A stretch of DNA of 62,252 nucleotides from Nemertoderma westbladi (taxonomy: Eukaryota; Animalia; Xenacoelomorpha), in assembly GCA_032718475.1 (NCBI GenBank), contig JAUCBJ010007515.1, positions 1 through 62,252 of the forward strand, written 5' to 3'. The notes under the pieces were generated by a model. That model was not told where the DNA came from. It worked only from the letters and a program-made list of their open reading frames with translations, and did not search any database. The position numbers were made by a program, and so were the translations under genes. Shown here in pieces: positions 47,701-60,078 of the stretch. Within the stretch, counting starts at the first letter, position 1, and each line of letters starts with the position of its first letter.

Positions 47701-50523
47701 CTTGCCAACTTGTTAGTGAATGCTGGTCTTACATCTTTTTCCAAATTGCAGGAGAAAAATGCTCGGGAAATAGAACTAATTGTTAATAGACGACCACCTT
47801 TTGGGAACAAGTTAAGAGAACAACTATTACATGTGCCGAAATATAGTCTCCAAGTCAATCAATCTGACAAGTATGATTCCAGATTTTCTCACCTGACCAT
47901 TATTGTTAAACTTGTGAACCACTATGATATTCTTGAGTTAAACACTTTTGGTAAGGACCATTCCTCACAGTTATTGGTTGGTGACAACAATAATGATGTA
48001 CTGTATTCACAGAGGATAACTGATAGCCAGCTGTGTCAGCGAAATGGTGAGTTTGTGTCTGAGCTTCGTGTTTGTCGACCTCATAATGAACATCAACATA
48101 AACTCACTATCAGTCTAATTAGTAATGGTGGTGTTGGAGTTGATGTGGAGAACACATTCACTCCGTTTTATCCTGGGTACAAGATCATATCTACAGAGTC
48201 AAGTTATCAGCATGACCAAGTTACTGGCACGAGGAGAAAAGTGTTAAGTACACCTTCCAGAAATCCTGATACTAATGCCCTGGATGGCGTAGGTAGCACC
48301 CAAACCAAAGTTCCCTGTCAGCATAAATGTGGTAACAAACTATTATGTGCCCATATGTGTTGTAAGGTTGGTGTAATGAACCCATCTAGAAGAAGATGTT
48401 CCCAAGCAGCTAATACATCATCTTATTTTTATTCTCAAAATGCTGCACGAGGCAATACTAGCTCTTCCAAATCATCCTCGGCATGCCCTTCATCGGGCAA
48501 ATATTCTAGTTCAACAACAGATGGATTTTCCATATCTGAGGAAAATATGTGGCTTGCAAGTAACTTTAATTCTGACAGTGATTTTGAGGAAGATGCATCT
48601 TCAAATGCCCATTGCACTACAACAAAAGCTGTTTCACATTGCGATACAAATCAAAATTCCTGCAACAATTTTCAAATGGTACAAGATGGTGATTACTTGT
48701 TCCCATCAACCACACCAGAAGAAGACACAAGACATCAATCTGACTGTTACTTCAAAAATGAAAATCCGGAGATACAAAACCGTTTTAGCAATGGTTATCA
48801 AAGTGCCTTAAAAGACAAGTCATTGCATCTAATGTATACCAATGGTGATAATTTTCATGATCCTGTTACTTTACCACAAAAGCGAAAATTGCATCAAGGT
48901 ATTCGCTCTGGTATGGGCTATTATTGTGAATCAACTTCTTCGGATCCCATTGGAGCATTTGTTGATAGGTATTGTCATGAAAACAAGAAACCAAACTTGA
49001 ATGAAAACATATGTATGAGTGCAGGTTCATCAGGAATAATTGATGACAAATTAAGAAACAGTCCTGTATTGTCTTTACCTTCAGATAGAGCACTGGCCCT
49101 TACAAATAGTATTACAGATAAAGGTTTTCTGAAACCTAATGGTAAACCTGTTCAGGAAATTGATATGCCAGATAAAGTTACCAGAAAAAAGAATTCAAAT
49201 CAATCATACTTTAAATTTATCGGAAAGTCGCCTCTTAGTGATACCTCCATTAGCAATAAACACCGACAACTTATTCCAGATCAATTTGAGCAAACTACAA
49301 CAACAGCTGCTCAAGTTACAACTTCTCAGTCTTATATTGGAATCAATAGAATGTCGCATGAAATTGAAAATGTTGAACAATCGACATTTCCTAAACCAAA
49401 ACCATCACCAATAACTGATGATTCCAGTCTTGGGGATGAATGGTTTTATGAAGCAAGAAGAAAGATGATGCAATTTGGTAAAGGTGATTGTAGCACAGCT
49501 ACAATTAGTCGCAGAACTGAAAGAAAGAAAGTGGAGCCGACGAATCTCTTTAGGAATAAGGCGGTAAATGATAGCACAATGCTTCCCGGATTGTTTGGTT
49601 ACATTCAACCTGTTCACAAGATTAAAGGTAAAAATAATGATCAGTTCCCTTTCTTCAAAAACAAGCATATCGACACCAGTGTACAGAAACGAATAACCTC
49701 GTCAACCAAAGGGGCTGTAGCCACATTGAGTTCAAACCTCCAAGCGACACTGAATGATTCTGGTGATATTGGAGAAGTGAATGTCCACAATCGGAATATT
49801 GATAGGCTATCTATAGACTATATCTCAAACAAGGCGACAATTAGCTCATCAGCAAGTAATTTTAGACAGCCAGATCGAAATATTGCACCTACAGGTAGCA
49901 AATCTACCGCTTTGGAGTTGGTGAGAAAAGAACCACAAATAGGTCAGGTCACCAGGGACACTATCATACAGTATAATGCAATGACAGACTCGGCCGTAGA
50001 TAACACAATGAGAGCAGGATATGATACTGATTGTAATGAACTTCGCTCATCAGATCAAACATATTACGGAAAGGGTAGCAGCTCATCCAGTGCTCTGATA
50101 AGAGATGACGCAAATGGATTTCATTCTATATCTAAATCTAACGTGATTATCTCAGATACCGTTTCCTCTATATTGAAAAAGGTGCCAATGCAAGAAATCA
50201 AAGGCTTAGAGAACAAAACAATATCATCTTCCTTTACGGCAGATGGTATAGCGAGTAGAGAAATATCATCTTCCACGGCAATATCTAGGCCTACATCAAA
50301 AGCATCTTCGAAGTTAGATTTTGTGTTCGCCTCGGAATTACCTGGTAAACACACAGTGAATAATAAACAGACTGTTCCTGGTGATTCCAAACAGAATATA
50401 GAATGTGATCAGAGAATACCTAGAATTAGTTGGGCCAACATGTACACGTTAACTCAGGAATGCAAGGATGATAATGAGAATGACTATGATAACCTTAAGA
50501 ATATGTTTGATGGGTTTTTGTAA
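44725..50523 (+). CDS. HFM1: Meiotic Ski2-like DNA helicase HFM1/MER3, single-exon 1932-aa ORF
   Basis: APTGSGKT, TPEKWD, DEVH, SAT, TSTLAMGVNLPA, QMVGRAGRPQFD, Sec63-like region and the HFM1-type CQHKCGNKLLCAHMCCK zinc finger. Confidence 0.95.
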   Translation: MANRGFIPPVKRFEWKKVTDLPQMVPGAETFSQMSQEDIIPEKHHQPNQIIAKPNVMNNILNCDSVAVGDNYNIRSPKSPVDTPISLFYGVNEDELSDFDWSPRTAAVFHSSRHPINNYQVDPSLELNRMQSNGSFDIHCGNSDPLFLSDNQNWSPSDDDDIELASGLKLDIPKLTQGPLAFSNTFSDAVQPQNRTSNYKLPNYRTTMPYHVNMAEPTTSISAINNDNLFPNIYNSTDNLNIPNVANRGKPTPVGHYRDNNLNPSMYNADGDLDFTTQNDLNYFSDMNFPCDDELCDGNLNLVRKTPGGTEQTHNLRPIEEIPVTFRSVFKEFIYFNIVQSSTLDTILYTDKSLVVSAPTGSGKTVLLEVAIVKLLSAPNSSRLRIVYMAPMKALCSERAKDWSAKFSQIQDINVSELTGDTITDDHSIITQSNIICTTPEKWDSVSRRWRDNQSLMQSIKLFLVDEVHVLNDENRGSTVEVVISRMKTVHMAGNSDGLRFIAVSATIPNIEDVAEWFSNKSGAAEHQTYDESYRPVHLRKVVLGYPYAANCSEFKFDMNLSYKLNTIIQEYGHGKPTLIFCSTRKSAQQAAQILSKQAKYVGSADHHQYLKRAANMLKDLALQQLITNTGIGYHHAGLDLQDRSVIEDLFLKGELPVLICTSTLAMGVNLPAHLVIVKGTSYYVQGIYQEYTETQVLQMVGRAGRPQFDTTATAVILTKTTFKQKFEALVTGKQVIESSLHNNLIEHINAEICLRTITDELSALNWIKCTFLFVRASKNPAYYNMKTFGKALDEHLIALCNNNIGKLENIDLVKRYGELAIDVHPTEKGKLMNRHCISFSTMREILQMSGKATLFDIIDLISKCKELQDVKLRMTERRILNALNKSVAQNGGLRFPLKGKIKSSDMKVNCLIQATFGTLAIDEFSLLQDAMKIIRVSQRLTKCIYECSVLRPKVGNYALIHNSLILMKCVRCKLWENSMYSSLQLKGIGNILANLLVNAGLTSFSKLQEKNAREIELIVNRRPPFGNKLREQLLHVPKYSLQVNQSDKYDSRFSHLTIIVKLVNHYDILELNTFGKDHSSQLLVGDNNNDVLYSQRITDSQLCQRNGEFVSELRVCRPHNEHQHKLTISLISNGGVGVDVENTFTPFYPGYKIISTESSYQHDQVTGTRRKVLSTPSRNPDTNALDGVGSTQTKVPCQHKCGNKLLCAHMCCKVGVMNPSRRRCSQAANTSSYFYSQNAARGNTSSSKSSSACPSSGKYSSSTTDGFSISEENMWLASNFNSDSDFEEDASSNAHCTTTKAVSHCDTNQNSCNNFQMVQDGDYLFPSTTPEEDTRHQSDCYFKNENPEIQNRFSNGYQSALKDKSLHLMYTNGDNFHDPVTLPQKRKLHQGIRSGMGYYCESTSSDPIGAFVDRYCHENKKPNLNENICMSAGSSGIIDDKLRNSPVLSLPSDRALALTNSITDKGFLKPNGKPVQEIDMPDKVTRKKNSNQSYFKFIGKSPLSDTSISNKHRQLIPDQFEQTTTTAAQVTTSQSYIGINRMSHEIENVEQSTFPKPKPSPITDDSSLGDEWFYEARRKMMQFGKGDCSTATISRRTERKKVEPTNLFRNKAVNDSTMLPGLFGYIQPVHKIKGKNNDQFPFFKNKHIDTSVQKRITSSTKGAVATLSSNLQATLNDSGDIGEVNVHNRNIDRLSIDYISNKATISSSASNFRQPDRNIAPTGSKSTALELVRKEPQIGQVTRDTIIQYNAMTDSAVDNTMRAGYDTDCNELRSSDQTYYGKGSSSSSALIRDDANGFHSISKSNVIISDTVSSILKKVPMQEIKGLENKTISSSFTADGIASREISSSTAISRPTSKASSKLDFVFASELPGKHTVNNKQTVPGDSKQNIECDQRIPRISWANMYTLTQECKDDNENDYDNLKNMFDGFL

Positions 50524-50704
50524 ATTAATTTTATGTGTTTTACATAAAATATATTTTATTCGAATGATACTTCCTTTGTCTGCGGTTTTAATCTTAAAAC
50601 TGATTCATGTGAACTTTATGTAACTTTACTCGTGTGAACTTTATATAAGATTTAATTTCTATATCATTAAAGTAAAATGATATCTACAATTGGTATATAA
50701 TTAC

Positions 50705-51619
50705 TAGGGGTGTGCCGGATATCCGACCGGGCCGGAATTCCGGCCGTAAAAAAATCCGGTTCCGGCTCCGACCGGATTTCAATTTTTTGGCCGGATTTCC
50801 ATTTTAACGAATTGTTGACAAAATTTATGACAAAATTAATGTAGATTTTTAAAAAAAAACATCAAACAAATTTTCTTTTAAATTCTAACAAATTTAAACA
50901 AATTAAATAAATAAAATAAGCAAATACAATGGAATAAAAATTTATTTCATAGTTCGTATCATATTCATTCATATGAATATCTAAAGCAAGAGTCTAAAGT
51001 TGATTTTATTAGCAGATATCATTTTATGACTACTGTATCTACATGCTGAGCTGACTGACTATTTTTTGCCAATAATATTTGTATTTGGTTGGGCTCAGCC
51101 TCACTAACATTTAATATGTATATTGTATATGTATAGTGTATATGTACACGTACTGTATACCCATACACAAATTATAACTAGTCAATAATTATTATATTGT
51201 TTGTCTCAGCGCGAAAACGTTGATGTTAGATTAAGTTACCATCGTGAATGACCAGTTTATATATTCGTCAGGCAATTTAAAAACTCTGGTAAATCCAATT
51301 TAACTCAAGAGAGTTTAAAAAACTACAGCTATTATTACTTCGTTCTATGTTATGTTCTATTATTTTCTCTGTGTCATTAGGACCTGAAAACTTTCGTCCT
51401 GTGAATGCGATCTTACCGGTGGTATGTGTCCTGCGTTGTTAGGTCCCGTATCAGTCGACGCAGTACCTAACGCGGTACCCTTCCTCCAGTTCAGTTTATT
51501 ATGCATACAGGTAGAATAGCTGATTGAGGAAAAAAGTCGTGATATATAAAAAATGGATTTTTTTACAAATCCGGTTCCGGCCTGGCCGGTTTGAAAATGG
51601 TCAATCCGGCACACCCCTA
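50705..51619. mobile_element. hAT-like MITE
   Basis: TIR TAGGGGTGTGCCGGAT / ATCCGGCACACCCCTA; 8-bp TSD ATAATTAC (50697-50704, 51620-51627); CCGG subterminal repeats. Confidence 0.92.
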
Positions 51620-52929
51620 ATAATTACTATCACTACATATACTAATTTTGCAAGTGATTTGCGGATATTATATTATTATAATAATATAAAGTGTAATTGC
51701 CACCCCGTAAAGTTGATACTTCTATATAGTTTATTTTTTTTATTATTTTTTTTGAGAATTTATTTGATGTAAATACCTCTATTTAAGTTTGAATAATTTC
51801 CTTTTTTATATACAAAATTATATTTTTCCGTAATCTATAATTATCTCTCTGCTTCGATTTATTACCGTTGTTGTCAGTGCATTGTATTATTTTAGTATTT
51901 TACCTGTCGTCAGCAAGTGTTGCAAGCGTAATTTTTCTATAATATTAAGTCCTATTTTAATAACTAACGGCGCACCATTGCGGGTAGCGATGATAGATAT
52001 ATTTTACGAACACTGTTCATAAAATTTATTAAACAATAGCCTTACTGTGAGCTGTAATTGTTGAGCATATTTTTGTTTTTTTATTTGCATTTTATGTGTT
52101 ATTTGGAGGGAAACAAAAATACAATTAGTACTGTAACTACAGTATTGATTTCCACATATAGTGCCTTTTTTAATTTTACTAAACTGGTTATTTAATTCTT
52201 CCAAAATTAATTATTTTAGACTGTCACGTTTTTTTTTATTTGATGGAAAGTTATTTTTATTGACATATTTTATTTTTTTTATGAAAATAATTTACTTTAT
52301 AAAACTTAATAAATAACTGTTCGTTGTTTAATTTATTTGATTTTTTACATATTGATAAAGTTTGTGTTTAACAATCATATACATGTCGGTAATAAATTGT
52401 ATTGATATGGTGTAGTTTCCTACTAAATTGGTAAATAATTAAGTTTGTTATGTTTGTAAAAATATTATAAATACATTGGTAACCGGTAAACGTCTAATAC
52501 ATAAACATTTGAGATTGAATTAGTGGCGTTCTCATATTATTTATATTTAATTATTTAATATTTGATAAAACACACTTTGTTACCAAGTAAATATTATTAT
52601 GATTTATGTTGTGTAATTAATAACAAAAAAGAATGGCTACCTTGGTTACCCTACCTACCCACATTTGTAATCTTATTTGATAATAGAAATATGTTAGTTT
52701 GTGTTCATCACGCATGACTAACAAATGATTGATCATTGCTGTATTGTTTTATGGCGAGTGGGAGTAAGTATGTAATTAAAATAAAAAATAATAATTTGGT
52801 CTGAGGCTGAGGGCGCTGCCCCAGCGGTCTCCCTGTTGGTGGGGGTAAAGAGGACGGACTCCCACCCCGGATTTTTATTTAATTAAGCAAATAGATGTCA
52901 AACTAAAACATTTTGTGTTTGTTTTAATA

Positions 52930-54070
52930 ATTCTGTAGGTATACGGGTTTTCGAGGTCGCTGATCACGATGAAACTAGTTATAAATATTTCTGGTAATGC
53001 AAACCCAATTTTGTTGCCATTCTGGTGCCCCAGAAAGACAAGTACAAGTAGCAAAAAATTACAAACCTAAAGTTTTGCCTTTTTTTGGTTGTGTAATTCT
53101 GAAGTTATACTGGTATTCAAGGTCTCTGATCACAATACAACTCGTTAAAAATCATGCGTGGTAACGCAACTACAGGTTTTGGTGTTTGTCTTGAGAAATA
53201 ATGATGAAAAATACAAGTAGCATAAAATTTCAAACAGCAAAAATCAAATTTGGTTGGATCATACGATATTTTTGAGTGTCATATTCGTGATCAGCGTCCA
53301 AGAAAACCCATAATGCCTTAAAATCAGGTTGATTTGGTAATGATTTTTTATTATTCGTATTTTTCGTACAGTCAATTGACACATATCCCAATATGCCCTA
53401 ATCACCAAGGTTCGATATATTTCAGATTCATATTCGTGATTTGTAGCATCTCAAAAAACCTTTTATGGTCATAAAATCAGTTTGATTTGAGGTGAATTTT
53501 CGTTATCATATGTGCACTACTTGTTTTTTTTTCGTGACCTGGGGTCACATTCAAAATTACCAAAAAATCATCTCGAATGTTATCAACCTCTTTGAAAACC
53601 TATAAATACCGAAAATGGCACATTTCTATAAAGCTTTAGCAAATTTGATATTTTGTGCCATGCTAAACGAATGTGCCACGGGCGAAAGAGTGGCACCTCT
53701 GTGCCGCTAGAGAATTCGAAACCATTTGTAATCGAATCGCACCTTTGAAAACCTATAAAAAACGAAAGTAGCACATTTCTATCAAGCTTTAGCGATTTTG
53801 ATATTTTGTGCCATGCTAAACACGTGTACCATGTGCCAAATGCTAAAAAGTGGCATTTCTGTGCTACTAGAGAATTTGAAACCATTTGTTAGTGCTTCAG
53901 CACCCTGTTAAACCTTGTAGAACCGAAATCTGCGCCATTATGTCTGTGTTTATTGTGTTTGCCAAATATGCAAATTTTGGCACGTACCAGAAATGGCACA
54001 AAGGCAAGGTTTGAGAATTTGAGACCCATTTCAGAAGATTCACCTCTATCGAAAACCCGTATAGGTGAAA
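52930..54070. repeat. Decayed ~145-bp tandem/inverted repeats (GGGTTTTCGAGGTCGCTGATCACG-type), Helentron-like
   Basis: Motif related to the units at 15438-15985; duplicated block 53587-53885. Confidence 0.5.
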
Positions 54071-56700
54071 AATAGTGCCCAAACTATGAATATTTTTCGA
54101 AAAAAGGTATTTTGGCCACAAAACAGGGTTCGTGGCCCACAACTGTGCTTGGGCGCGCTTCATTTTTATAAGAATAGAAAATTAAAATAATAAACTTAAA
54201 ATTTTAGAATATCTGCAGCACACTTCCATTTCCATAATATATTGAGTAACTGATTTTCATCACTATTTTGGTGTAAAGTCCCTTGTCCAATCATACTCCT
54301 GCGCTCCTGGCTGTATGTAATCTTTGTGCATTGAAGACACGTTCGTGGGGCCTTCGCGCAGCACGAGGTACAGTTATGAGATACAAATTAAAATTAAGCG
54401 ACTGTATCACAAAATCAGGTTTTGAGAAATTTACCCACACCACCAATCAATCAAAGAAAGGGGGACAGTACGTGTTCACCCCTTTTAATCCCCCCCCCCC
54501 CCCCCCCCACCCTTCTCAACCACCAATACATAACCGTGACATCTACCACCCACGGAAGGGTAGAACGAACTTATTTCCAATCGCACGTTAAATATGCAAA
54601 GCCAGGTGGTGTATATGAATATAATCAACGCCGTACTCGTCTTAATTATTATAAGCGTCGTTCAATCGTTGCGCTCGTCCAGAGTAAGTCCCCCCCTATC
54701 AGAAAGATTTACTCAACAAGAAATAGTGTAAATAAATAAACAACTACAAGGATAAGAGGTCATGTGTAGGAAAGCTAATCAGACGATACCTTTACTAATA
54801 TATTGAGCTGCATTGATCTATACATAGTAATGTTGGGTGATGGGGGGGGGGGGGGGGGGGGGGGGTGAGGGGTAGGGGGTGTCTGGGTGGGTTGTTAGTA
54901 TTAGGGTGCACAATATCGACGCACGCGCAGGAATGTGTTGATGTTTAATAGCACCGCATTCCCGCGTTAGAAAGCATCCCCAATTGGAATAAATAAATAA
55001 ATTAAACGCGTTTCGTTATGTTCCTCGACTTATATTATTCTCTCCACGGACGAGTTATTAGCTGCTAGACAGGTAGACCTAGTCCCCCACAACAACGGTC
55101 ATACCTTCAATCAATCAATCAATTGAGCTCATATGAGCTCGTATATTAGTTTTATTTATAAATTGAAATCTCACGAATTAATAGGCCTATTAGCTGATTA
55201 GTGAACTATCATATGTTAGACCATATATATATATTATATATTGGACCTTATCAAAATAGCGGTTGTACTGGGGCGGTATATGTTGTTCTCTAACCCACTG
55301 CAAGCGCAATTTGAGGGGCCGGTATGTTTTAATAACTTCTGGTACAACGGGATGCAGTATTACAGCGCCAAGTAGATTTAATCTGATCAGAATATTCCGG
55401 ACGCTAAGTTCATGTCATTCCCGATAAGTCGGGACTTTACAAAACTCGTGGATAAAACCGCGTGTAGCAGAGAGCAGATAAATTGGGTTGAATTGCAAAA
55501 CAGAATAATATGGAACTGTAAGTGGAACTGCGGCGATTTGGGTTTTTTTGTTATGGTGAATAGTCAGCCTGTCCGCGATATGTTCAGCTGCCCTTTTTAA
55601 TGGGTTGCAGGTACAAATGAAATACACATTGCAGTTACTAAAATAAAAGTGGCGCATATTATTGTACATTTACAACAACAATTATATAAATGCAATATGC
55701 CTGATCCCTATTAATGTACTTTGTACCGCCAATTCTGTAATTCAATAACGCAAAGCCGCGTTTACTGTACAGCAGCACGTAATATATTTGATACTTATTA
55801 TACTAACTAAACTAACAAACCGCAAGGCCTACTTACCGAAATAAATTAACTTTCAGTTAAATACAATATACTTGTTTGCTCTGTAAAAATTTTAATTAAA
55901 AACAATCCTGCCATTTAATATACCTAATTAGCATGGTTGCGTAAGCAGTATGAATTGGAATGAAATTGTGAAATAATTTATTTAAACTATTATGTACATT
56001 TAGATTAAATAATAATACAGTAAGTTGGCCTACAGAAATAAACATTGATATTCGGAACAGTAAAACAATTATTTATTTCATTCATTCAACTAACCAGAGA
56101 GACTCAGCTCCAGTGAATATTAACATCCCGACGTTACTTTAGTAATAATATTAATGTCATTGAACCCGATACACACACACCTCCAATCAGCCAGTTCAAT
56201 GGAGAGTGAGTGAATGGATGGCTACTAGCAGCAGCAGCAGTCTGCCTCTTACAAGCAAGGCTGACTGAATACCTCAAGTGTTGCTGGGAATCAAGCCAAC
56301 TTGGATGTTAACCAATAAATGAGCAGTATTTAATGAGAATACATTTTTTATGCCGGTTTAATTACTTTAGATCAATTAAAGACACGATTATTAAAGCAAA
56401 TCACTTGAACTAATTAAAAACTATAATAGAATGGAGTATGCGGATTACATCTGTATATTTTTTAAGTATAATTATTGAAGTCTTATACTGTAAAACAATT
56501 AATTTCCTTTAAAAGGCAGGTTGAAAATGGTGTTTTTACCGTAATCAACTTAATTAACTAATTAACTGCTATTATCTTAGCTTCTCGAAGGCCACACGGA
56601 AATTCTACTTGGAAAATTTCTAAACTTTTGCCATACAACATGTGTACCAAGTTTGGATAGATTTCATCAAAGATTGGCCGAGTTATTAACGTTTAACATT

Positions 56701-56741
56701 GAACACGACAGAACGACAGAACGACAGAACGACAGAACGAC
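56701..56741 (+). repeat. (GAACGACA)n 8-bp repeat next to a Helentron-like end
   Basis: About 5 copies. Confidence 0.85.
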
Positions 56742-58399
56742 AGGTTGATTAATGGTACCACTACGCTAAGGCTCACTCACTTCGTGGCTCGCCCCACACG
56801 GTAAACTTCAAAGAATTCCCTCCCAGTAGTACGTAGCAAGTAGTTCACAAAGATAATTGTTTGGCTTGCATAGACCCGACCACCTAATATAACAGCAATA
56901 TACTTTACAAATAGCCCCATGGTTGATGCTTTATCATTACATAGGTTGTTGGTGGTCTTTCAGTTCAGGTAAAGCAAAGGCCGTGCATACAGTCCATACG
57001 TATAGCCAGCCAATAAAGCCATACAGCTGGCTGATCTATTACGCCAAGGTGATACCCCCTTCCCGAGTACATGGAGCGCGCCCTTGGGAAGGTTTACATC
57101 GATTTTATCTTGGGTATGGTATGGAGATTGAAGTTGTGGTTAATGAATGTGTAACTAGTAAATCTAAAAAAAAATATTTTTATCTTTCTCTTTTTATTTT
57201 CTTTCACAAAAAATCTATGGTGCGCGGCGCCACGCGCCCCTATTGTGGATCCGCGCCTGGTCAGTGCATATAGAAACCAGACAACTCCGGCCTGAATTAA
57301 TTTTGAGAAAATGGAGAATAACGTTTAAAAAATTTTTCTTAATTTTGTTCAAAATATGTTCATTAGGTACTGTATGTTTATTTTTATTGAACATAAAGAT
57401 TTTGATAAAATTATATGTTTTGCCGGTCTGTCAGTCTGTCCTGTCTTATTCAGTATGTCTATCATACTGTCTGTCAAATTATTCAATCATTCTTAACTCT
57501 TGGGAGGTTGGGCGGATTGAAATTATGGGGTCGCTGATTACATTTCTGATGTCCGTTTTCATGGAGATGGATGGATTCAAGACTGTTTATCTGTATGTCT
57601 ATCGGACACTCGGACTGTTGCACAAACAGACAGACCGACATAAATTCAGTCTAGATCAGAAGAACCCCAAAATGAAATTTTTTAGTCAGTAATATGCTTC
57701 TTTATTTTTGACAGACAGACACACATACATACAGACTAGAACTGTTCCAGTATGAAAACTGACATCGGAATGAAATATCCGCACAACAAAATTGTAGTTA
57801 GCTAGAATGCTTCAATATTTCTGACAGACAGATGAACAGAGAGAGTTAAGATTTAATTCATATTTCAAAATTACAATTATAAAATTATTATAAATTATTT
57901 ATTTCCTATAGATTACATAGTTTTCGCACCAAATATATTTTTTTCCGCCCCAAATTTCATGTTTTCTGTAAGCAATATATGCCTACATGAAATGAAAGGT
58001 AGGCCTAGCCCAGATTAGGTAGCCCACATTATACCAGATTAGGCCTACATACAGTATGTACTTTTCGCACCAAATTATTTATATTCGTCCCAAAGTACTG
58101 TATTTTTATATATTTTGATTTATATTTTTATATTCGATATTGGTAACAACAGCGGTTATTGTTTTGGTTAGAAAATGCCGTATCTATGGAAATAAATATC
58201 ATGTACTGTAGGCTATCTGACTAATTTATTCTTGTTTGCATTATGTGTTTCAGTGTAGTAAATGTGTGTTTTGGAGTTCTGCCGTGCAATGTAAAAAGAC
58301 TGTAAGTCGCATTTTTCCAAAATTCACTTTTTCTGAGTCTAAAAAATATCTACTCTAGTTCTCGAGTTATGCAATGTAGAAAGGCCGTAAGTCACAACA

Positions 58400-58495
58400 T
58401 ATGTATAGTGTTAGTGTTACAGTGTATAGTGTATATAGTGTGTATAGTGTAGTGTGTAGTGTGTATATATATAGTGTGTATAGTGTATAGTGTTA
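58400..58495 (+). repeat. Degenerate (TAGTG/TATAGTG)n simple repeat
   Basis: Direct reading. Confidence 0.8.
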
Positions 58496-60078
58496 CAAAG
58501 GGAAAAAACCGCAACTGCAATACAAAAGACCGTAAGTCACTTAAATTTATGCAAAAAACCGTAAGTCAACAAGACTTAAGGCGTTTTGTCTTGGCTTTGT
58601 TTTGCAAAGATAATAAGAATATGCATTAATTAATAATTAGTTTATTGATAATTAGTTTTACACGGTTTTATTGAAATATGTGTCTTGAAATATGTATTTA
58701 CATACAGGTTGTACAATGCAAAAACACCGTAAGTACAAAAAATAACCCTGAAGTCAAAATATTAATGAAAAATGAAAAATAATCACCTAGAAAAATTTCC
58801 CAACCCAATTGCGTAGGGTTATAAAAAATAAGTAATTTACGGACATTTTAAACCAACAATCTGAAGCCAAACAGTAATTTGCGTTTTAAGTTCAGATGGA
58901 TTTTTTTTGGTCAACAAGTAAATTAATTTGGGCAAAAAGGTATGTGTTTTGTTTTTTTGATATTTCTTTTGGCCAGATTTATTTTTTTTGATACGCTTGT
59001 ATGTTATTTGGTCAATGAGTAAATTATTTGGTTCAAAAAGTATGTGTTTTGCAAATTTTTTCGTTTTTTGGGCAAACTTTAATTGGTAGCTTATATAATT
59101 TATAAAATTTTCCTTTTATCAAATATCACTATTTGTTAATAATTGTTAAGCAAATATTTTAATGACCTACCTACGATCTACCAAAAATAATAATGTAGCA
59201 TCTAATTCATATAATCTTTAATGAAATATGAAGAAGTCAATAATAATTATAGCCGCTTGGGTGTGCTGCCCAATTCATTAAAATTTGGCAGAAGATAGTG
59301 TTGTTGAGTTGGAATATCGTGAATGGTTAGAAATTTAACAATATTTGATTGGTTGGTAATCATTTTAGTTTATTTGGAGTGGCCCTGATGCAATCCCAAA
59401 CCTTCCAGTAACTTCTTAAATAGGAAGGTGATTGTAAAGGTTATGGCATATCAATCCCGTTGATATCCTATTAGTTGCTTTTAGTACGTCTACGTGGACG
59501 ACGCCCTATGCCCTACCGGTACCGTTAACCTACCGGTGCGTGGTACTGTCGTACTGCGATACAAGGCAGCAAGGACTGACAGATAGTCGAATGGACAAAC
59601 GCGGAGTCTTTCGCTTTTTTTACATTTTAGGCCTACCGTGCAGCCGTACCTTACAGCCTTACTACACTACTGCTGTGCCGTACTGTTACTGTACCGGTAC
59701 GGTACTGCTGTACTGCATACCGCACTGTGTACTGCGTACTACTGTACTACAGGTAGCAGGTAGGCCTACTTGAATTAATTTCCGGCATCAGGTACCGGTA
59801 CAGGCAGACAGGGGTACAGCCCGACAGCGTACCATACCAAGCACGCCAAGCACTGAATCACCAAGCCAAGCTGCCAAGGGCTAGGGCAGTACCAGTACTC
59901 AGCTTCCTACTGTCCTAGCCTCACTGCCTCAGTCTGTCAGTTTATATATTTTAGGGTAGGCCGATCCAGCTATCGTTTCTGCGTTTAGGCCTATGGAATT
60001 TTATATTTAGTCCAGTAGCTGAGTAGTCTGAACAGGTACAATAAGCTTATGGCAGTAGGCCTATCAGCTATCAGCATA

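Noticed and set aside
45068-50390. Antisense and alternative-frame ORFs within HFM1, gag-pol and other CDSs
   Set aside because: Short shadow ORFs with no recognisable motifs.
54490-54880. Poly-C and poly-G tracts as an inverted repeat or G4 element (also poly-C at ~14063 and ~14982)
   Set aside because: Homopolymers only, with no flanking complementarity; lengths are error-prone.
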